A stretch of 63,840 nt of DNA, the filler included, from Octopus bimaculoides (lineage: Eukaryota): NCBI RefSeq assembly GCF_001194135.2. It is 5 parts of 5 records of this genome, joined end to end, with 100 filler letters (N's around TTAATTAATTAA, not from the genome) between each part and the next. Parts side by side here need not be neighbours in the genome. Positions count along the whole stretch, not along the records: positions 1 to 11,704 come from NC_068997.1; positions 11,805 to 34,051 come from NC_068982.1; 3 more parts are not named here. One strand, 5' to 3'. Shown here in pieces: positions 1 through 12,639 of this stretch (its first letter is position 1; each line of letters opens with the position of its first letter). Made by a program: the position numbers and the translations under genes. The notes below the pieces were generated by a model. That model saw only the letters and a list, made by a program, of their open reading frames with translations, was not told the origin of the DNA and did not search any database.

Positions 1-144
1 CAAAACACTTTCACCGAAAATTTTTGTATATTTGGAATCTACATAATAAATAATATATGCATAGAAAATTTCATTAAAAAAATATTCATTTTTATGAAAG
101 TTATGACCTTCCAAAGTAGGGGGATACAGCTCTGTAGTTATGCC
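1..144 (+). mobile_element. Right terminal inverted repeat of the same long-TIR non-autonomous DNA element as 30439-31322 (partial, runs off window start)
   Basis: Collinear with ~31170-31322 and ends in the same terminus ...TGTAGTTATGCC at 144. Confidence 0.8.
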
Positions 145-1439
145 ATCAATGTTTTGTAAATATACCACAATGTGAATGATTGTGTTTACTTGCACAGAGA
201 GCGAGAGAGGAAGAGGGGGAAAAATGAATAGAGATTGAGAGCAATGTGTATGTTGTTGTCACAGNNNNNNNNNNNNNNNNNNNNNNNNNNNNNNNNNNNN
301 NNNNNNNNNNNNNNNNNNNNNNNNNNNNNNNNNNNNNNNNNNNNNNNNNNNNNNNNNNNNNNNNNNNNNNNNNNNNNNNNNNNNNNNNNNNNNNNNNNNN
401 NNNNNNNNNNNNNNNNNNNNNNNNNNNNNNNNNNNNNNNNNNNNNNNNNNNNNNNNNNNNNNNNNNNNNNNNNNNNNNNNNNNNNNNNNNNNNNNNNNNN
501 NNNNNNNNNNNNNNNNNNNNNNNNNNNNNNNNNNNNNNNNNNNNNNNNNNNNNNNNNNNNNNNNNNNNNNNNNNNNNNNNNNNNNNNNNNNNNNNNNNNN
601 NNNNNNNNNNNNNNNNNNNNNNNNNNNNNNNNNNNNNNNNNNNNNNNNNNNNNNNNNNNNNNNNNNNNNNNNNNNNNNNNNNNNNNNNNNNNNNNNNNNN
701 NNNNNNNNNNNNNNNNNNNNNNNNNNNNNNNNNNNNNNNNNNNNNNNNNNNNNNNNNNNNNNNNNNNNNNNNNNNNNNNNNNNNNNNNNNNNNNNNNNNN
801 NNNNNNNNNNNNNNNNNNNNNNNNNNNNNNNNNNNNNNNNNNNNNNNNNNNNNNNNNNNNNNNNNNNNNNNNNNNNNNNNNNNNNNNNNNNNNNNNNNNN
901 NNNNNNNNNNNNNNNNNNNNNNNNNNNNNNNNNNNNNNNNNNNNNNNNNNNNNNNNNNNNNNNNNNNNNNNNNNNNNNNNNNNNNNNNNNNNNNNNNNNN
1001 NNNNNNNNNNNNNNNNNNNNNNNNNNNNNNNNNNNNNNNNNNNNNNNNNNNNNNNNNNNNNNNNNNNNNNNNNNNNNNNNNNNNNNNNNNNNNNNNNNNN
1101 NNNNNNNNNNNNTAATTATTATTTTAGAGCGTCGCTCTACCGATTTCGCTACCCTCTCACTAGCTCTTATACCAATAACATTTATTATTATTCAACGGAA
1201 AATCTAGCGTGACCCCAATCCCGCAAAAAATGACGTCAATGAAAAAGTAGATATAATCTGAGAACGACATCAAAATACTGAGGTTAACAAAATAACTACG
1301 ACATCAATGTCACAATATATTTGTGTAAATAAAGGTTGATGCGATCTCAATGTCAAAGTATGAAGACGTCGACAGAAAAAGACAAAAAAAAAAAAAAGAC
1401 TAGACTACCTGAGCTAATTTCTGGAAATAGGAAAAAATA

Positions 1440-1558
1440 CATCGAAAGCGAATTTTCTTAAATGGACCCTTAAAATACTACTGTGGATCCCCAGCTTACT
1501 ATTTTGTTTGTATGGACCCCCAGGAGGTCATACGGATCACTGGTTTTGAGAACCACTG
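1440..1558. mobile_element. hAT (Charlie-like) MITE end
   Basis: Ends in TTGAGAACCACTG (reverse complement CAGTGGTTCTCAA, a typical hAT-Charlie terminus) preceded by GGACCCC subterminal motifs; partner end not seen. Confidence 0.4.
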
Positions 1559-2139
1559 GTTTTACACCATCTCGAGGGCCTTTAGCTGAGTACACTTTGT
1601 TGCAAGGATTCAGACCAAGCTTCCAGTTTGAAGATTACTTCCCCTTTTTCTTCCTCACCCCAATCGTTGAGATTCTGAAAAGAGTCACGGTTACCGGCTA
1701 CCCTACCTTCTTTCACTATGTCATATAAAATACCAAACAAAGTACTAAATCCCCATTTATTTATTAGATTATTTATATATAAGAAAATCGGCAGCACCGA
1801 TTTGTAAATTCAATTTCATTGCAGTTGTTTAAGTGTATTTTTGTTGAATAAAACACTTCATTTTTCCTGCTTGATGAGAAAAACGATCGAGAGTAAGATG
1901 GCGGTTACCTCCTTTTGACAATGTAACTTTCGAAAACGTATCGTGATAAGCAAGATAATATTACAGATGATTTTTTAATATTGATTTCAAATTTTCACAT
2001 AAGGCCGATAGTTTTCGGGGGAAGCGATTAAGTCGGTTACATCGACCACAGTGCTTGAGAACGTCCAAATTTAGATAAATCAAGTCATAAGGCATTCCTA
2101 TAAACAATATCAAATGCCTTTTTCGTCCTTCGGCCTCGC

Positions 2140-2338
2140 TTGACAACCGGTGTTGGTGTGTTTTCGTTCCCGTAACTTAGCAATTTGGTAAAAAAAAATA
2201 ATAAAAGACTGATAGAATAAGTGTCCGGCCTAAAAAAAATTAAGTTCTAGGTTCGACTCGTTTAATTAAAATTCAAGGTGGTGCCCCAGCATGGCCGCAG
2301 TCTAATGACTGAAGCAAGTAAAAGATAAAAGATAAAAA
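2140..2338 (+). mobile_element. SINE family C, 3' half
   Basis: Matches the 3' half of 30053-30410 (gatagaataag... ggtggtgccccagcatggccgcagtc... aaaagataaaag). Confidence 0.7.
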
Positions 2339-3489
2339 ATATGTTGACTTATTATACGGATGCCGTAGAGCACATCTGTTAGTATCTACATATTCCTCAC
2401 CTTTCCGTAATTAATTTCTTGTATATTTAAAGCTTTACGCATAAAAATATTTCGTTTCCCGACATCTGAAAAATTTTTTCTTGTAGTCTTTTCAGATAAT
2501 TATTTCGTTAAGACGTCATCTAGTTAACATTTTTTTAATAATATTTTTTTTAAGCAAAAAGCCAGTAATTTCTCACGTTGAACACGGTTTACTTTCAACA
2601 TTTTTGACAAAATTTCGTATTTTAGAAGTTACTTCGTGTTAAAGTTGTTGTATTTGGGTAATTTTAACCAATCAACAACGTGTATTCAGCTGAAGAGAGC
2701 TACTACTGCTGTTTGCGATAGTAATCGAAGAGCAACAACTTCCAGGTCATTTCTACTAAATGTCACCAATCTGTTCTATTTTATTTTTGTTTAGCGCCTG
2801 TGTTGCATATTACGCTTCGTATACACCAATATACGAAGCTTCAAACTGTTTAGTTAAAGAAAAATAATTCAAAAATTTGTGAGCGAAACTGAAGAGATCC
2901 GCCAGCAATTTTGAGCGGAAAAGTCAGTTAATTGCATCGACCTCAGTATTTCGCTGGTATTTCATTTCATCGATGCCATAAAAGGTAAAGTTGGCTTCCG
3001 TGAGATTTGAAATGGCTTAAATGGAGAAATCTGTTGAGACGTTAAACTTTTAACATTTTTATTATGACGTAATAAAGGTTACATTTTCTTAATAAAAAAC
3101 CTTGCTTATCTTTGTTTCATTTCTTTACTGTTTCTGCAGACACCAAGTTCGGAATTAAACTCAATGTCTTGCCTATTAAATCCAAGACAGTATTTTGATG
3201 TCTCACAGACCAGTATGGTAGATAGACAACAAAATTAGTTTACAATCACCACACATTTTCAAAGATTCTACAGTCACGAAATCCTTTCATATATTAAGGA
3301 CTAAATCATGTTGTATCCGGGTAATGTTGTTTTGTTAGTGTATACGTATATATAATCGCACAAATCCACACAGATACATACCCATATACACAAAGATGAC
3401 TATGTATATATTTCTGGGCGTATGTATTTGGATGTGTGTATGTGCGTTAAGCTTGTGTATATGTGTCTGCATTGATGTACGTTTTGGCC

Positions 3490-3845
3490 AATGCCTATTT
3501 GAAAGACTAAAGAAACAGTTCAATAACCAGCCAGAGACAAGTTCGAAGAGGAGCTGCACCAACCCTTCAAAAATAGAAGATATCAATACCCAGCTCCCAC
3601 TTTGGCAGTCTCACTATTGGGGCCGTGCTAAAGATGAGGAGGAATGTAGTAAGCACAATCAGAAGAATCAAAGTAAGAAGTGCACGGAATATACCATACC
3701 TGGCGGCTCCAGAAAAGTATTTATATGTCCCGTCTGCGACCGAAGCTGTAAATCAAGGATTGGAATGTTCAAGCATCAACAAGTCCACAAATAAAATACA
3801 AGATGATCATAATCAGATTCAAGAAGCGACTGTAAGCAAGCAAAC
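3490..3845 (+). pseudogene. RTE (BovB-like) LINE 3' end, 5'-truncated; C-terminal C2H2 finger of ORF2
   Basis: ORF 3396..3794 ends ...FICPVCDRSCKSRIGMFKHQQVHK*, the CxxC-x12-HxxxH motif typical of RTE ORF2 C-termini, followed by a short 3' UTR and (AAGC)n-like tail; the ORF's 5' part is only GT-rich repeat. Confidence 0.7.
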
Positions 3846-4057
3846 AAGAAAGAAGCAACAGATGCATGTTGTACACATATTATAGTCAACAAACTTTCAC
3901 ATACAATATTTAACGGTCTTCTTTCTTTGAGTTTGAGTTTTTTCCCCATAAATTTAGGATTACCTTTCATGTTACGGAGTATTCTTCTATAATTTGTATT
4001 TCAACCGTCGCTCAAAATTTTAGGCCTTGTGTCTATTGTAGAAAAGATTATTAACAA

Positions 4058-4091
<34 letters not shown>

Positions 4092-4764
4092 GAGTGACAG
4101 AGCAGTGCATGCCATCAAAGTGACACTGGGGTAAAATATACGAAGCCCATTATACTCATCATGACTACCCATCATGACGTCCCAAGAAGAGGCGTCCCAA
4201 GATACAAGAATTCTCCAAAGTTGACATGTCATTAAAGAAAAGAAGCGGCTTATAATCATACACAGTTGAAATATTTGCTTGTATCATTAATATATATTCT
4301 TGAACAATATCAAAACAAAACAAAACATTTATCTGAAACAAAAGTCAGATCGGGCGATGCGGGAGGTGAACAAACAATGGAGTGGCGGAATCGTTTGGTC
4401 ATTAGTTAAAATGTTTTGCAGCATGTAGATATTTAGTTATAATTTTCTAAGTTCAAGTCCTACCAAGGTCAACGTTTTTTTTTTTTTTTATCCTTTCGTG
4501 GGCCCTATACGTTGAAGTACCTGTAAATTACTGAAAGGTGATATATATTCCTATAAAATAAATGGACGGATCTATAATAGGAGTTTAGACCCGAGAATCT
4601 ATTGAAAGTAGATTTAACTTGCTAATAATGATTTCAAATTTTAGCACAAGGCCAGCAGTTTTAAGGTGGTGTTGATGGGGAGGGGGCTAGTTGATTACAT
4701 CGGATGCTTTCTGTTTGGCAACCAGTTTTCAATCTCTTCAATTCTTCAGTTCTTTATTTCAGAG

Positions 4765-4889
4765 ATCAGGAATTATGTACATTATTTACATTATTTACAA
4801 TTGATGGATATTTGTTCTCATCCTGTTTGTTGTTAACACAACGTTTCGGCTGATATACCCTCCAGCCTGATGAAGGCTAGAGGGTATAT
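4765..4889 (-). mobile_element. Penelope-like pseudo-LTR fragment with a broken, folded-back hammerhead motif
   Basis: Minus strand reads GGCTGGAGGGTATATCAGCC-GAAA-CGTTG (stem II + GAAA); plus strand reads CTGATGA-AGGCTAGAGGGTATAT; the halves are joined as an inverted repeat at 4853-4889. Confidence 0.55.
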
Positions 4890-5139
4890 TTTCTTCATTA
4901 TTTCGTAACAACTTTGCGCATTTTATTTACTTGATAACCTTCAATTACTCTACCTTAATCCGTCACACACATTAACAAAAAATAATAATAAATTCCACTT
5001 TATGATTAGTCAAAAGATAACAACTAGTGCCATACAGGTTAAGAAATATTTAATTGCGCCGATCACAAACAAATCGAGTCAATATCTAGTGCTTTTCATT
5101 CAAAACAATCTATTTTAAAAATGTTATCGACAATGATTA

Positions 5140-5142
<3 letters not shown>

Positions 5143-5216
<74 letters not shown>

Positions 5217-5222
5217 GTTATT
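5143..5222. repeat. (ATT)n microsatellite
   Basis: Direct reading. Confidence 0.95.
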
Positions 5223-5517
5223 AAAGAATTTTATTACACAATTAAAAATAATAAGTTAAAAATACACCGGATTTGAACTTCAGTGGTCTTTAAATCCTTG
5301 AAATGGTAAGAATAGTTGGAGCACTTGTGATTCTTTTCGTGTGAATTGTCTGTAAACACGAAGAACTGATTCCTGTCATTGAAACACATCATGAAAGCGG
5401 AAACGTCCAGAATCACTTTCATCATATCAAATTAATGTTTTATTTTCATGGAACATTTCGTCTAATTTTTACGCAAAATCGATTTAAAAACATTATACAA
5501 TTAAACGGAATCATCTG

Positions 5518-5621
5518 CATGTATGTATGTATGTGTATGTTTGCATGTATGTATGTATGTATGTATGTATGTATGTATGTATGTATGTATGTATGTATGT
5601 ATGTATGTATGTATGTATGTA
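5518..5621. repeat. (ATGT)n microsatellite running into an N gap
   Basis: Direct reading; source of the MYVC/HTYI pseudo-ORFs. Confidence 0.95.
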
Positions 5622-6293
5622 NNNNNNNNNNNNNNNNNNNNNNNNNNNNNNNNNNNNNNNNNNNNNNNNNNNNNNNNNNNNNNNNNNNNNNNNNNNNNNN
5701 NNNNNNNNNNNNNNNNNNNNNNNNNNNNNNNNNNNNNNNNNNNNNNNNNNNNNNNNNNNNNNNNNNNNNNNNNNNNNNNNNNNNNNNNNNNNNNNNNNNN
5801 NNNNNNNNNNNNNNNNNNNNNNNNNNNNNNNNNNNNNNNNNNNNNNNNNNNNNNNNNNNNNNNNNNNNNNNNNNNNNNNNNNNNNNNNNNNNNNNNNNNN
5901 NNNNNNNNNNNNNNNNNNNNNNNNNNNNNNNNNNNNNNNNNNNNNNNNNNNNNNNNNNNNNNNNNNNNNNNNNNNNNNNNNNNNNNNNNNNNNNNNNNNN
6001 NNNNNNNNNNNNNNNNNNNNNNNNNNNNNNNNNNNNNNNNNNNNNNNNNNNNNNNNNNNNNNNNNNNNNNNNNNNNNNNNNNNNNNNNNNNNNNNNNNNN
6101 NNNNNNNNNNNNNNNNNNNNNNNNNNNNNNNNNNNNNNNNNNNNNNNNNNNNNNNNNNNNNNNNNNNNNNNNNNNNNNNNNNNNNNNNNNNNNNNNNNNN
6201 NNNNNNNNNNNNNNNNNNCGTGCAAACATGTGTATAGTTCAAATTCGGTATATTTTAACGTATTATTTTTAATTGCGTAATAAAAATTCATCA

Positions 6294-6350
<57 letters not shown>
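6294..6350. repeat. (AAT)n microsatellite
   Basis: Direct reading. Confidence 0.95.
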
Positions 6351-6794
6351 CGTTATCGATAACGTTTTAAAAATAGATTGTTTTGAAACAAGAGCGATAC
6401 ATATCGACGAAATAAACCTGTGATTCTCTCGGTATTTCTTAAAGCACGTGTTATCAGTTGTCTTTGGCTGCTTCAGAGTATGTGAATATTGTTGTCGGAA
6501 CGAATGACCCTGGTTAAGCATGAGTAATTGAAGGTTATCAAGTCAATTAGGTGTACACAGTTGGTTATCTTATGGTACAATGCGGAAAATAACACGACAA
6601 TCGTTATCGAGATATGAATCTGTTTTAACATGAGTAATCAAAGAATTTCAATATTTAAAAAGATGAAAATTACACTGCTATAACTGGATTAAATTAACGC
6701 GTGCACCAATCACACGGACAGCGTTCGACTTTTTTCTAGCCAAAGGATTTTTAAATCAATATTTATATGGTATTATTTGTAGCTTTATTTACTT

Positions 6795-7812
6795 CGAGTA
6801 TTGTTAATTTATCTTATGGAAAGGTATATAAGAGGAAATTAGATCCAGTGAAAAATCCAAATAATCGACCACAGAAAGATTAGTGGCTACTGTAATTTTT
6901 AGTCCAAATTGACTAAAAGTAGAGATAAGATGCTTTCTGAACTTATCCAACGTTTGACCGTCACAACCGTGGGAAACAATCAGACCGTCATCACAGTATA
7001 GGCCCACATCGTGAAATAAGTAACTACGCTTCAGAGTATCTGATAGATACAAACCCACCAGATCACATATGTCAGCTCTGTCGTACGATCCCATAGAAAC
7101 ATCAAATAGCTCGTCACTATCATTTTTCACCCATGCTGTCTCTTTACTGAATAATAATGTTTTTCTTGCATGTCTGACGAGATCTAAGTCTATGGAATCA
7201 ATATTGACATATGATTTAGCAAATTCTATTGTCTTGTCTCATACCGATCTAGATATGCAGGAAGTAAAAGTCTGATACCAAACTGAGTAAATTTAGCGTT
7301 ACTCTTTATTCTGAATCTACTAAACCAATCAATTACAGTAAAACTATTACACCATTGTCGGAACCCAGTAAATTCCCTTATTCTATTATTAATGTTTGTA
7401 AGTAGTCGCTAGCCCTATTCCAGATTTAGCTGGATTTAATAATCTACACGTGGCGTTGTCATGGAAATTGGGTTCGTGATCTTTTAATGTTATAAAAGCC
7501 TCTCTCTTAGCTAAGCACTCTATTCTATCGCAGATTTTACTCCGCTTCGCAAGAATTTTAGCCTCCTCATTAGTATCGTAGAATCTCTTATCGAAGATTT
7601 TCTTTTCTTCGAGGTAATGGTATCGCTTAATAATCTATCGTAAAATATCATTATTTACTTCATAGAAATTATTAGTCTTGTCTGAAAAGACGAATTTCTT
7701 ACGAGAGTTTCTAAAATCTTTTATATCTAACTTCATATTAGATTGGAAGGGGTTGTGGTACTTACGAAATCTGATATTGGTGACTAAGTTAAGGAGATCG
7801 GACTCAAACGAA
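6795..7812 (-). pseudogene. Penelope-like element reverse transcriptase, degenerate (stops/frameshifts)
   Basis: Minus-strand peptides FESDLLNLVTNIRFRK...KFVFSDKTNNFYEV, AFITLKDHEPNFHDNATCRLLNPAKSGIG and FDVSMGSYDRADICDLVGLYL...VGLYCDDGL (YxDD)...FGLKITVATNLSVVDYLD match conserved Penelope-type RT blocks. Confidence 0.85.
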
Positions 7813-7847
7813 TCAACTCTTTAACAATAGGGATATACATATATATG

Positions 7848-7885
<38 letters not shown>

Positions 7886-8035
7886 GCCTTGTTATGTTTT
7901 GTGTCACATTGAATCTCCCTGGGAATTACGTTAAGGGTATACGTGTCTGTGGAGTATTCAGCCGCATGCACGTTAATTTCATGAGCAGGCCGTTCCATTG
8001 ATTGGATCAACTAGAATATTCATCGTCGTAACCGA
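7813..8035 (+). mobile_element. SINE family B, 3' part, interrupted by (AT)n
   Basis: Matches the 3' part of 11824-12215 (gtcacattgaatctccc...gtacgtgtctgtggag...ggatcaact...cgtcgtaaccga). Confidence 0.75.
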
Positions 8036-8190
8036 TGGGCTTCTTTCAGTTTCCGCCTACTAAATCCACTCGTAAGGCTTTGGTCGGACCGAGACTATAG
8101 TAGAAGACACTTGCCCTAGGTGTCACGCAGTGGGACTGAACCCACAACCATGTGGTTGGGAAGTAAGCTTCTTACCACACAGTCACGCCT
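8036..8190 (-). mobile_element. SINE family C, tRNA-like head and CORE-like part
   Basis: Reverse complement of the 5' part of 30053-30410. Confidence 0.75.
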
Positions 8191-8194
8191 ACGC

Positions 8195-8231
<37 letters not shown>

Positions 8232-9424
8232 TGTATATACATAAATACACCCACACAACACGCACGCGCGCGCACGTACACATTACACACACACNNNNNN
8301 NNNNNNNNNNNNNNNNNNNNNNNNNNNNNNNNNNNNNNNNNNNNNNNNNNNNNNNNNNNNNNNNNNNNNNNNNNNNNNNNNNNNNNNNNNNNNNNNNNNN
8401 NNNNNNNNNNNNNNNNNNNNNNNNNNNNNNNNNNNNNNNNNNNNNNNNNNNNNNNNNNNNNNNNNNNNNNNNNNNNNNNNNNNNNNNNNNNNNNNNNNNN
8501 NNNNNNNNNNNNNNNNNNNNNNNNNNNNNNNNNNNNNNNNNNNNNNNNNNNNNNNNNNNNNNNNNNNNNNNNNNNNNNNNNNNNNNNNNNNNNNNNNNNN
8601 NNNNNNNNNNNNNNNNNNNNNNNNNNNNNNNNNNNNNNNNNNNNNNNNNNNNNNNNNNNNNNNNNNNNNNNNNNNNNNNNNNNNNNNNNNNNNNNNNNNN
8701 NNNNNNNNNNNNNNNNNNNNNNNNNNNNNNNNNNNNNNNNNNNNNNNNNNNNNNNNNNNNNNNNNNNNNNNNNNNNNNNNNNNNNNNNNNNNNNNNNNNN
8801 NNNNNNNNNNNNNNNNNNNNNNNNNNNNNNGAGGGGAGGGGTAAGTAGATTACATTAACTACAAAGCTCAACTGGCAATTTATTTTATCGATCCCTACAG
8901 GATGAAAGGCGTATCTTTGTATTTTTCGTCACTGTTTACAATTATCTTTAAGAAAATTTTTTAATATATCATAAAGACGTAATTTTTTATGCTGAATCCG
9001 AATTTGTTATTCATTTATTCCAGAAAAATTTTGCAAAAATGTTACAGGTGTTCAAAGCTTGATAATTTTCAGAATTTTCAACCAATCAGAAAACAGCACG
9101 TTCGCTGCCTCTGTCATCAGGGTGTTTGGCATCGACATGTCAAAACATTAAACTAGCTACAGTAAACAAACCAATGGTATTTGCTAGAAATAGCAGTCAA
9201 AACATTAAAATATACTCGAGCAAAGTTAGCATTAAAACATTCGCGAGCAAATTAAATATTTAAAAGCTACGAACAAACCAACAGGAGTTGCTAGAAATAA
9301 CATTCAAAACATTATTTAAAAAACACGTTTATTAGTAAAAAAAAATCAAGAACGAAAGTTTGCAATACACTCTAGGATTTTATAAAGTAAATTATATTTC
9401 TCGTATCTCCTTCTCCACATAAAT

Positions 9425-9693
9425 TCACAAAGATGAGAGTGAACCATGGAATGGTGTGTCCCACACCGACGTTTGTTTCCTACACTCCCTGCACAACTGG
9501 TACATATTTTATCGACCCGGGAAAGATGCAAGGGAAAATCGACCTCGGCGAAATTTGAATTCAGAATATAGAAATGGAGAAAAACATTTTGTCCGGACGA
9601 AATGCTGCTTAGCATTTAAACTGCTCTGCTAACTATTCCGCCAGTTCGCTACCTTAATAATGGTCTCAAATTTTGGTACAAAGACAGCCATTT

Positions 9694-9737
<44 letters not shown>

Positions 9738-9893
9738 GATTGCAATGATCTCAGTGCTCAAGTGGTACTTATTTTATCGAACCTGAAAGGGAGAGTCGAT
9801 CTCGGCGGAATTTGAACTTAGAACGTAAAGACGGACGAAATGCCGCTGAACATTTTGCCCAACGCATTAATGATTTTTGCCAGCTGACCGCCA
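9425..9893 (-). mobile_element. Two adjacent SINE family A copies (degenerate)
   Basis: Each contains tattttatcgaccc...aaagtcgacctcggcggaatttgaac...; the second carries a (GA)n expansion. Confidence 0.7.
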
Positions 9894-10574
9894 TCCCCGA
9901 GGTTAAACAGTAACAATTCTAATATTTACATGCTCGCTGCAAGAGGCTCAAAACAATTCGTGTGTTATATAAAAAGCTGTTATCAAATATTAATCCCACC
10001 TAATTGGTGGGTTTTTTTTTGTTTCTTATTTCGTTTTTGTATCAGATTTATCTGATAATGAAGCAGCTATTACGGTGTCATTACTTAAGAACATCTCTGC
10101 TTGACGATAATAATCGCTTTAACAAAATATAATTTCCTATTCCCAGTCTTCAAATCAAATATCTGCTCTGTGTGTGTGTGTGTGCATGTTTATGTTTGTT
10201 TGTAAGTACATGTGTGCGTTTGTGTGTGACGATTATGGAAAACAGAGATAAATTTTCCTTAATTTTAAGCAACGAACAAATTTCATTACTTCTTTTATTT
10301 GTTTATCTACTTAAAAAAAAACGAAATTATTTCTTAATTTATTTTCATTTTTTAAAATTCCACCGGAAAAAAAGATCTGTTCTATTGTTATTATCATTGT
10401 ACAAGTTGAGCACTGGATTCGATGCAATCGACTAGCTCCCCCACCCCTTCCCCACACGCCCCCAAAAGGAAATTTCAGGCCTTGTGCCCATAGCAGACGA
10501 AATGCTTAGAGGTATTTCTTGCGGTTATGCGTTCTGAGTTCGACTTCCGCCCAAGTCCACTTTGCCTTTTATGT

Positions 10575-11250
10575 TTTACATCAACATACATCTTGAATAA
10601 TTCACCTTTGGAAACTTAGGTGTTTCATTCAACATCCCAAAACAACCCTTATTCAGGGACCTTTTGAGCGGGTTGGGCTACTCGATCTGGGTCCCACCCG
10701 CAAGGTCATGCTCATTTGGTAAATATTACCAATTGAACACTGGGGTCCCTCAAACTTGCTAGTCTTTTACCAAAATTTGAAACTGCTATTAGTATTATTA
10801 TTATTATTGAGTGAGGGGGTAGAGCATGCCATCGAAGTGACACTTGGGTACAAATATACGAAACCCAATATACCCATCATGACTACCCATCTGATAAGAG
10901 TACACCTGGCATATGCAACCATATGTGCGCGAAACGGTGAACTCATAGGATAGACAACGCATGACCTTGCAGGTGAGACCCAGTTAGAATTTTCTTCAGT
11001 TCGAGTAGCCCGACTCGCTCAACAGGTCCCTGAATAAGGGTTGTTTACGGATGTTGAATGAAACACCCATGTTTCCAAAGGTGAATTATTCAAACCCCAA
11101 AGAACACCTCTCAGCACATGGTTATGATGCTCTTCCACTACTTCTGCTCGTGATCAGACATGCACATATTGTCTGCAACCAAGGGGACATGCTCCGCTTT
11201 CAATCAGTTAAGATCAAAAGCCAGGAGAGCCACTGCTTGGTACTGAATCA
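10575..11250. mobile_element. Two oppositely oriented copies of an unclassified ~550-bp interspersed repeat (family E)
   Basis: 10593-10712 is the reverse complement of 10959-11094; both align with 32485-33035, and 4091-4175 is another fragment. Confidence 0.75.
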
Positions 11251-11298
<48 letters not shown>

Positions 11299-11299
11299 A

Positions 11300-11345
<46 letters not shown>

Positions 11346-11462
11346 TATCGACCCCAGTGCGTAAACAAGTACCATTTACGCTCTGGCGTCGATGTAATCG
11401 ACTTAAACCCTTTGTCTGTCCTTGTTTGTCCCCTCTATCTTTAGCTCCCTGTGGCCAATAAA

Positions 11463-11502
<40 letters not shown>

Positions 11503-11505
<3 letters not shown>

Positions 11506-11704
11506 TAGTTTTATTTTTATAACGTGCTTTCACTTCACTACCGAGCGCAGCTCTGTGCGCCTTGGGTATGTGCTGTGGTTTGCTGTGGTGCTCTTATGTT
11601 TACTGTATTGAAAGTGTTTTGCGTAGAATGTGTGCAGTACCCAGTAGTGCAATTTTCTGTATGTTATATATATTTGTAAGTCCTGCTATTTTTGTTGTGT
11701 ATCT
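11503..11704 (-). pseudogene. R4/Dong-like non-LTR retrotransposon 3' end with (AAT)n tail, truncated by a gap
   Basis: Minus strand ...KIAGLTNIYNIQKIALLGTAHILRKTLSIQ* (stop 11600-11602) resembles the QKxxLLGTAxILRKxL C-terminus of RLE-type R4/Dong elements; followed by a short 3' UTR and the (AAT)n run 11463-11502. Confidence 0.65.
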
Positions 11705-11823
11705 NNNNNNNNNNNNNNNNNNNNNNNNNNNNNNNNNNNNNNNNNNNNTTAATTAATTAANNNNNNNNNNNNNNNNNNNNNNNNNNNNNNNNNNNNNNNN
11801 NNNNGCTGTCATAGCTCAGTTTA

Positions 11824-12215
11824 GTGGAGGCGCAATGGCCCAGTGGTTAGGGCAGCGGACTCGCGGTCATAGGATCGCAGTTTCGATTCCCAGACCGGGC
11901 GTTGTGAGTGTTTATTGAGCGAAAACGCCTAAAGCTCCACGAGGCTCCAGCGGCGGGATGGTGGTGAACCCTGCTGTACTCTTTCACCACAACTTTCTCT
12001 CACTCTTACTTCCTGTTTCTGTTGTGCCTGTAATTTAAAGGGTCAGCCTTGTCACACTCTGTGTCACACTGAATCTCCCCGAGAACTACGTTATTGGTAC
12101 ACGTGTCTGTGGAGTGCTCAGCCACTTGCACGTTAATTTCACGAGCAGGTTGTTCCATTGATCGGATCAACTGGAACCCTCGACGTCGTAAGCGACGGAG
12201 TGCCAACAACAACAA
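11824..12215 (+). mobile_element. SINE family B, full length (~390 bp), tRNA-derived head
   Basis: A-box-like TGGCCCAGTGGTTAG, B-box-like GTTTCGATTCC, (AAC)n tail, flanking direct repeat CAGTTTA (11817-11823 / 12216-12222). Confidence 0.9.
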
Positions 12216-12639
12216 CAGTTTAGTAGAGGTACAAGGCCACGAATATGATGCAAGTGGCTGGGAGCTTGGTGGTCGATTAGATCGATACCAGTTCTCGACT
12301 AAGCCTGTATTTTACACGATACCGAAATAATGAAAGATAAGGTTAACTCCGGCGTGATTTGAACTCAAAATGATGTAAAGATCCAGGACAAAAACCGTAA
12401 GGTATCTTGTCGGACGCAAACAGTTCTGTTGTAATAATTGTTGATAATATGCACGAGTTCTGAAATATGAGGAAATATGAGGAACCGCTCCAGAATGTGG
12501 CTGGTACTTTGCTTTATCGACTCCGGAAAAAAAAAATAAAAGGCGAAGTTGATATCGGCCAAATTTGATCCCAGAACGTAAAAACTCCGGAGAAATTCCA
12601 CAACGTATGCTTTCAGTACCTTCTGTTTGTTGTAATATT

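Noticed and set aside
235-1212. Long ORFs spanning N runs (also at 5.4-6.3, 8.1-8.9, 26.7-27.9, 28.7-29.5, 37.9-38.9 and 62.2-63.1 kb)
   Set aside because: Open only because N codons translate as X; no coding evidence.
11749-11760. TTAATTAATTAA islands centred in N gaps (also 34096-34107, 60434-60445, 61784-61795)
   Set aside because: The identical 12-mer padded by equal N runs to 100 nt is a scaffolding spacer with stops in all frames, not biology.
11824-11900. tRNA-like sequences at SINE heads (also 50497, 30053, 36466)
   Set aside because: They have A/B boxes but continue into SINE bodies with tails and TSDs; no complete cloverleaf with acceptor stem.
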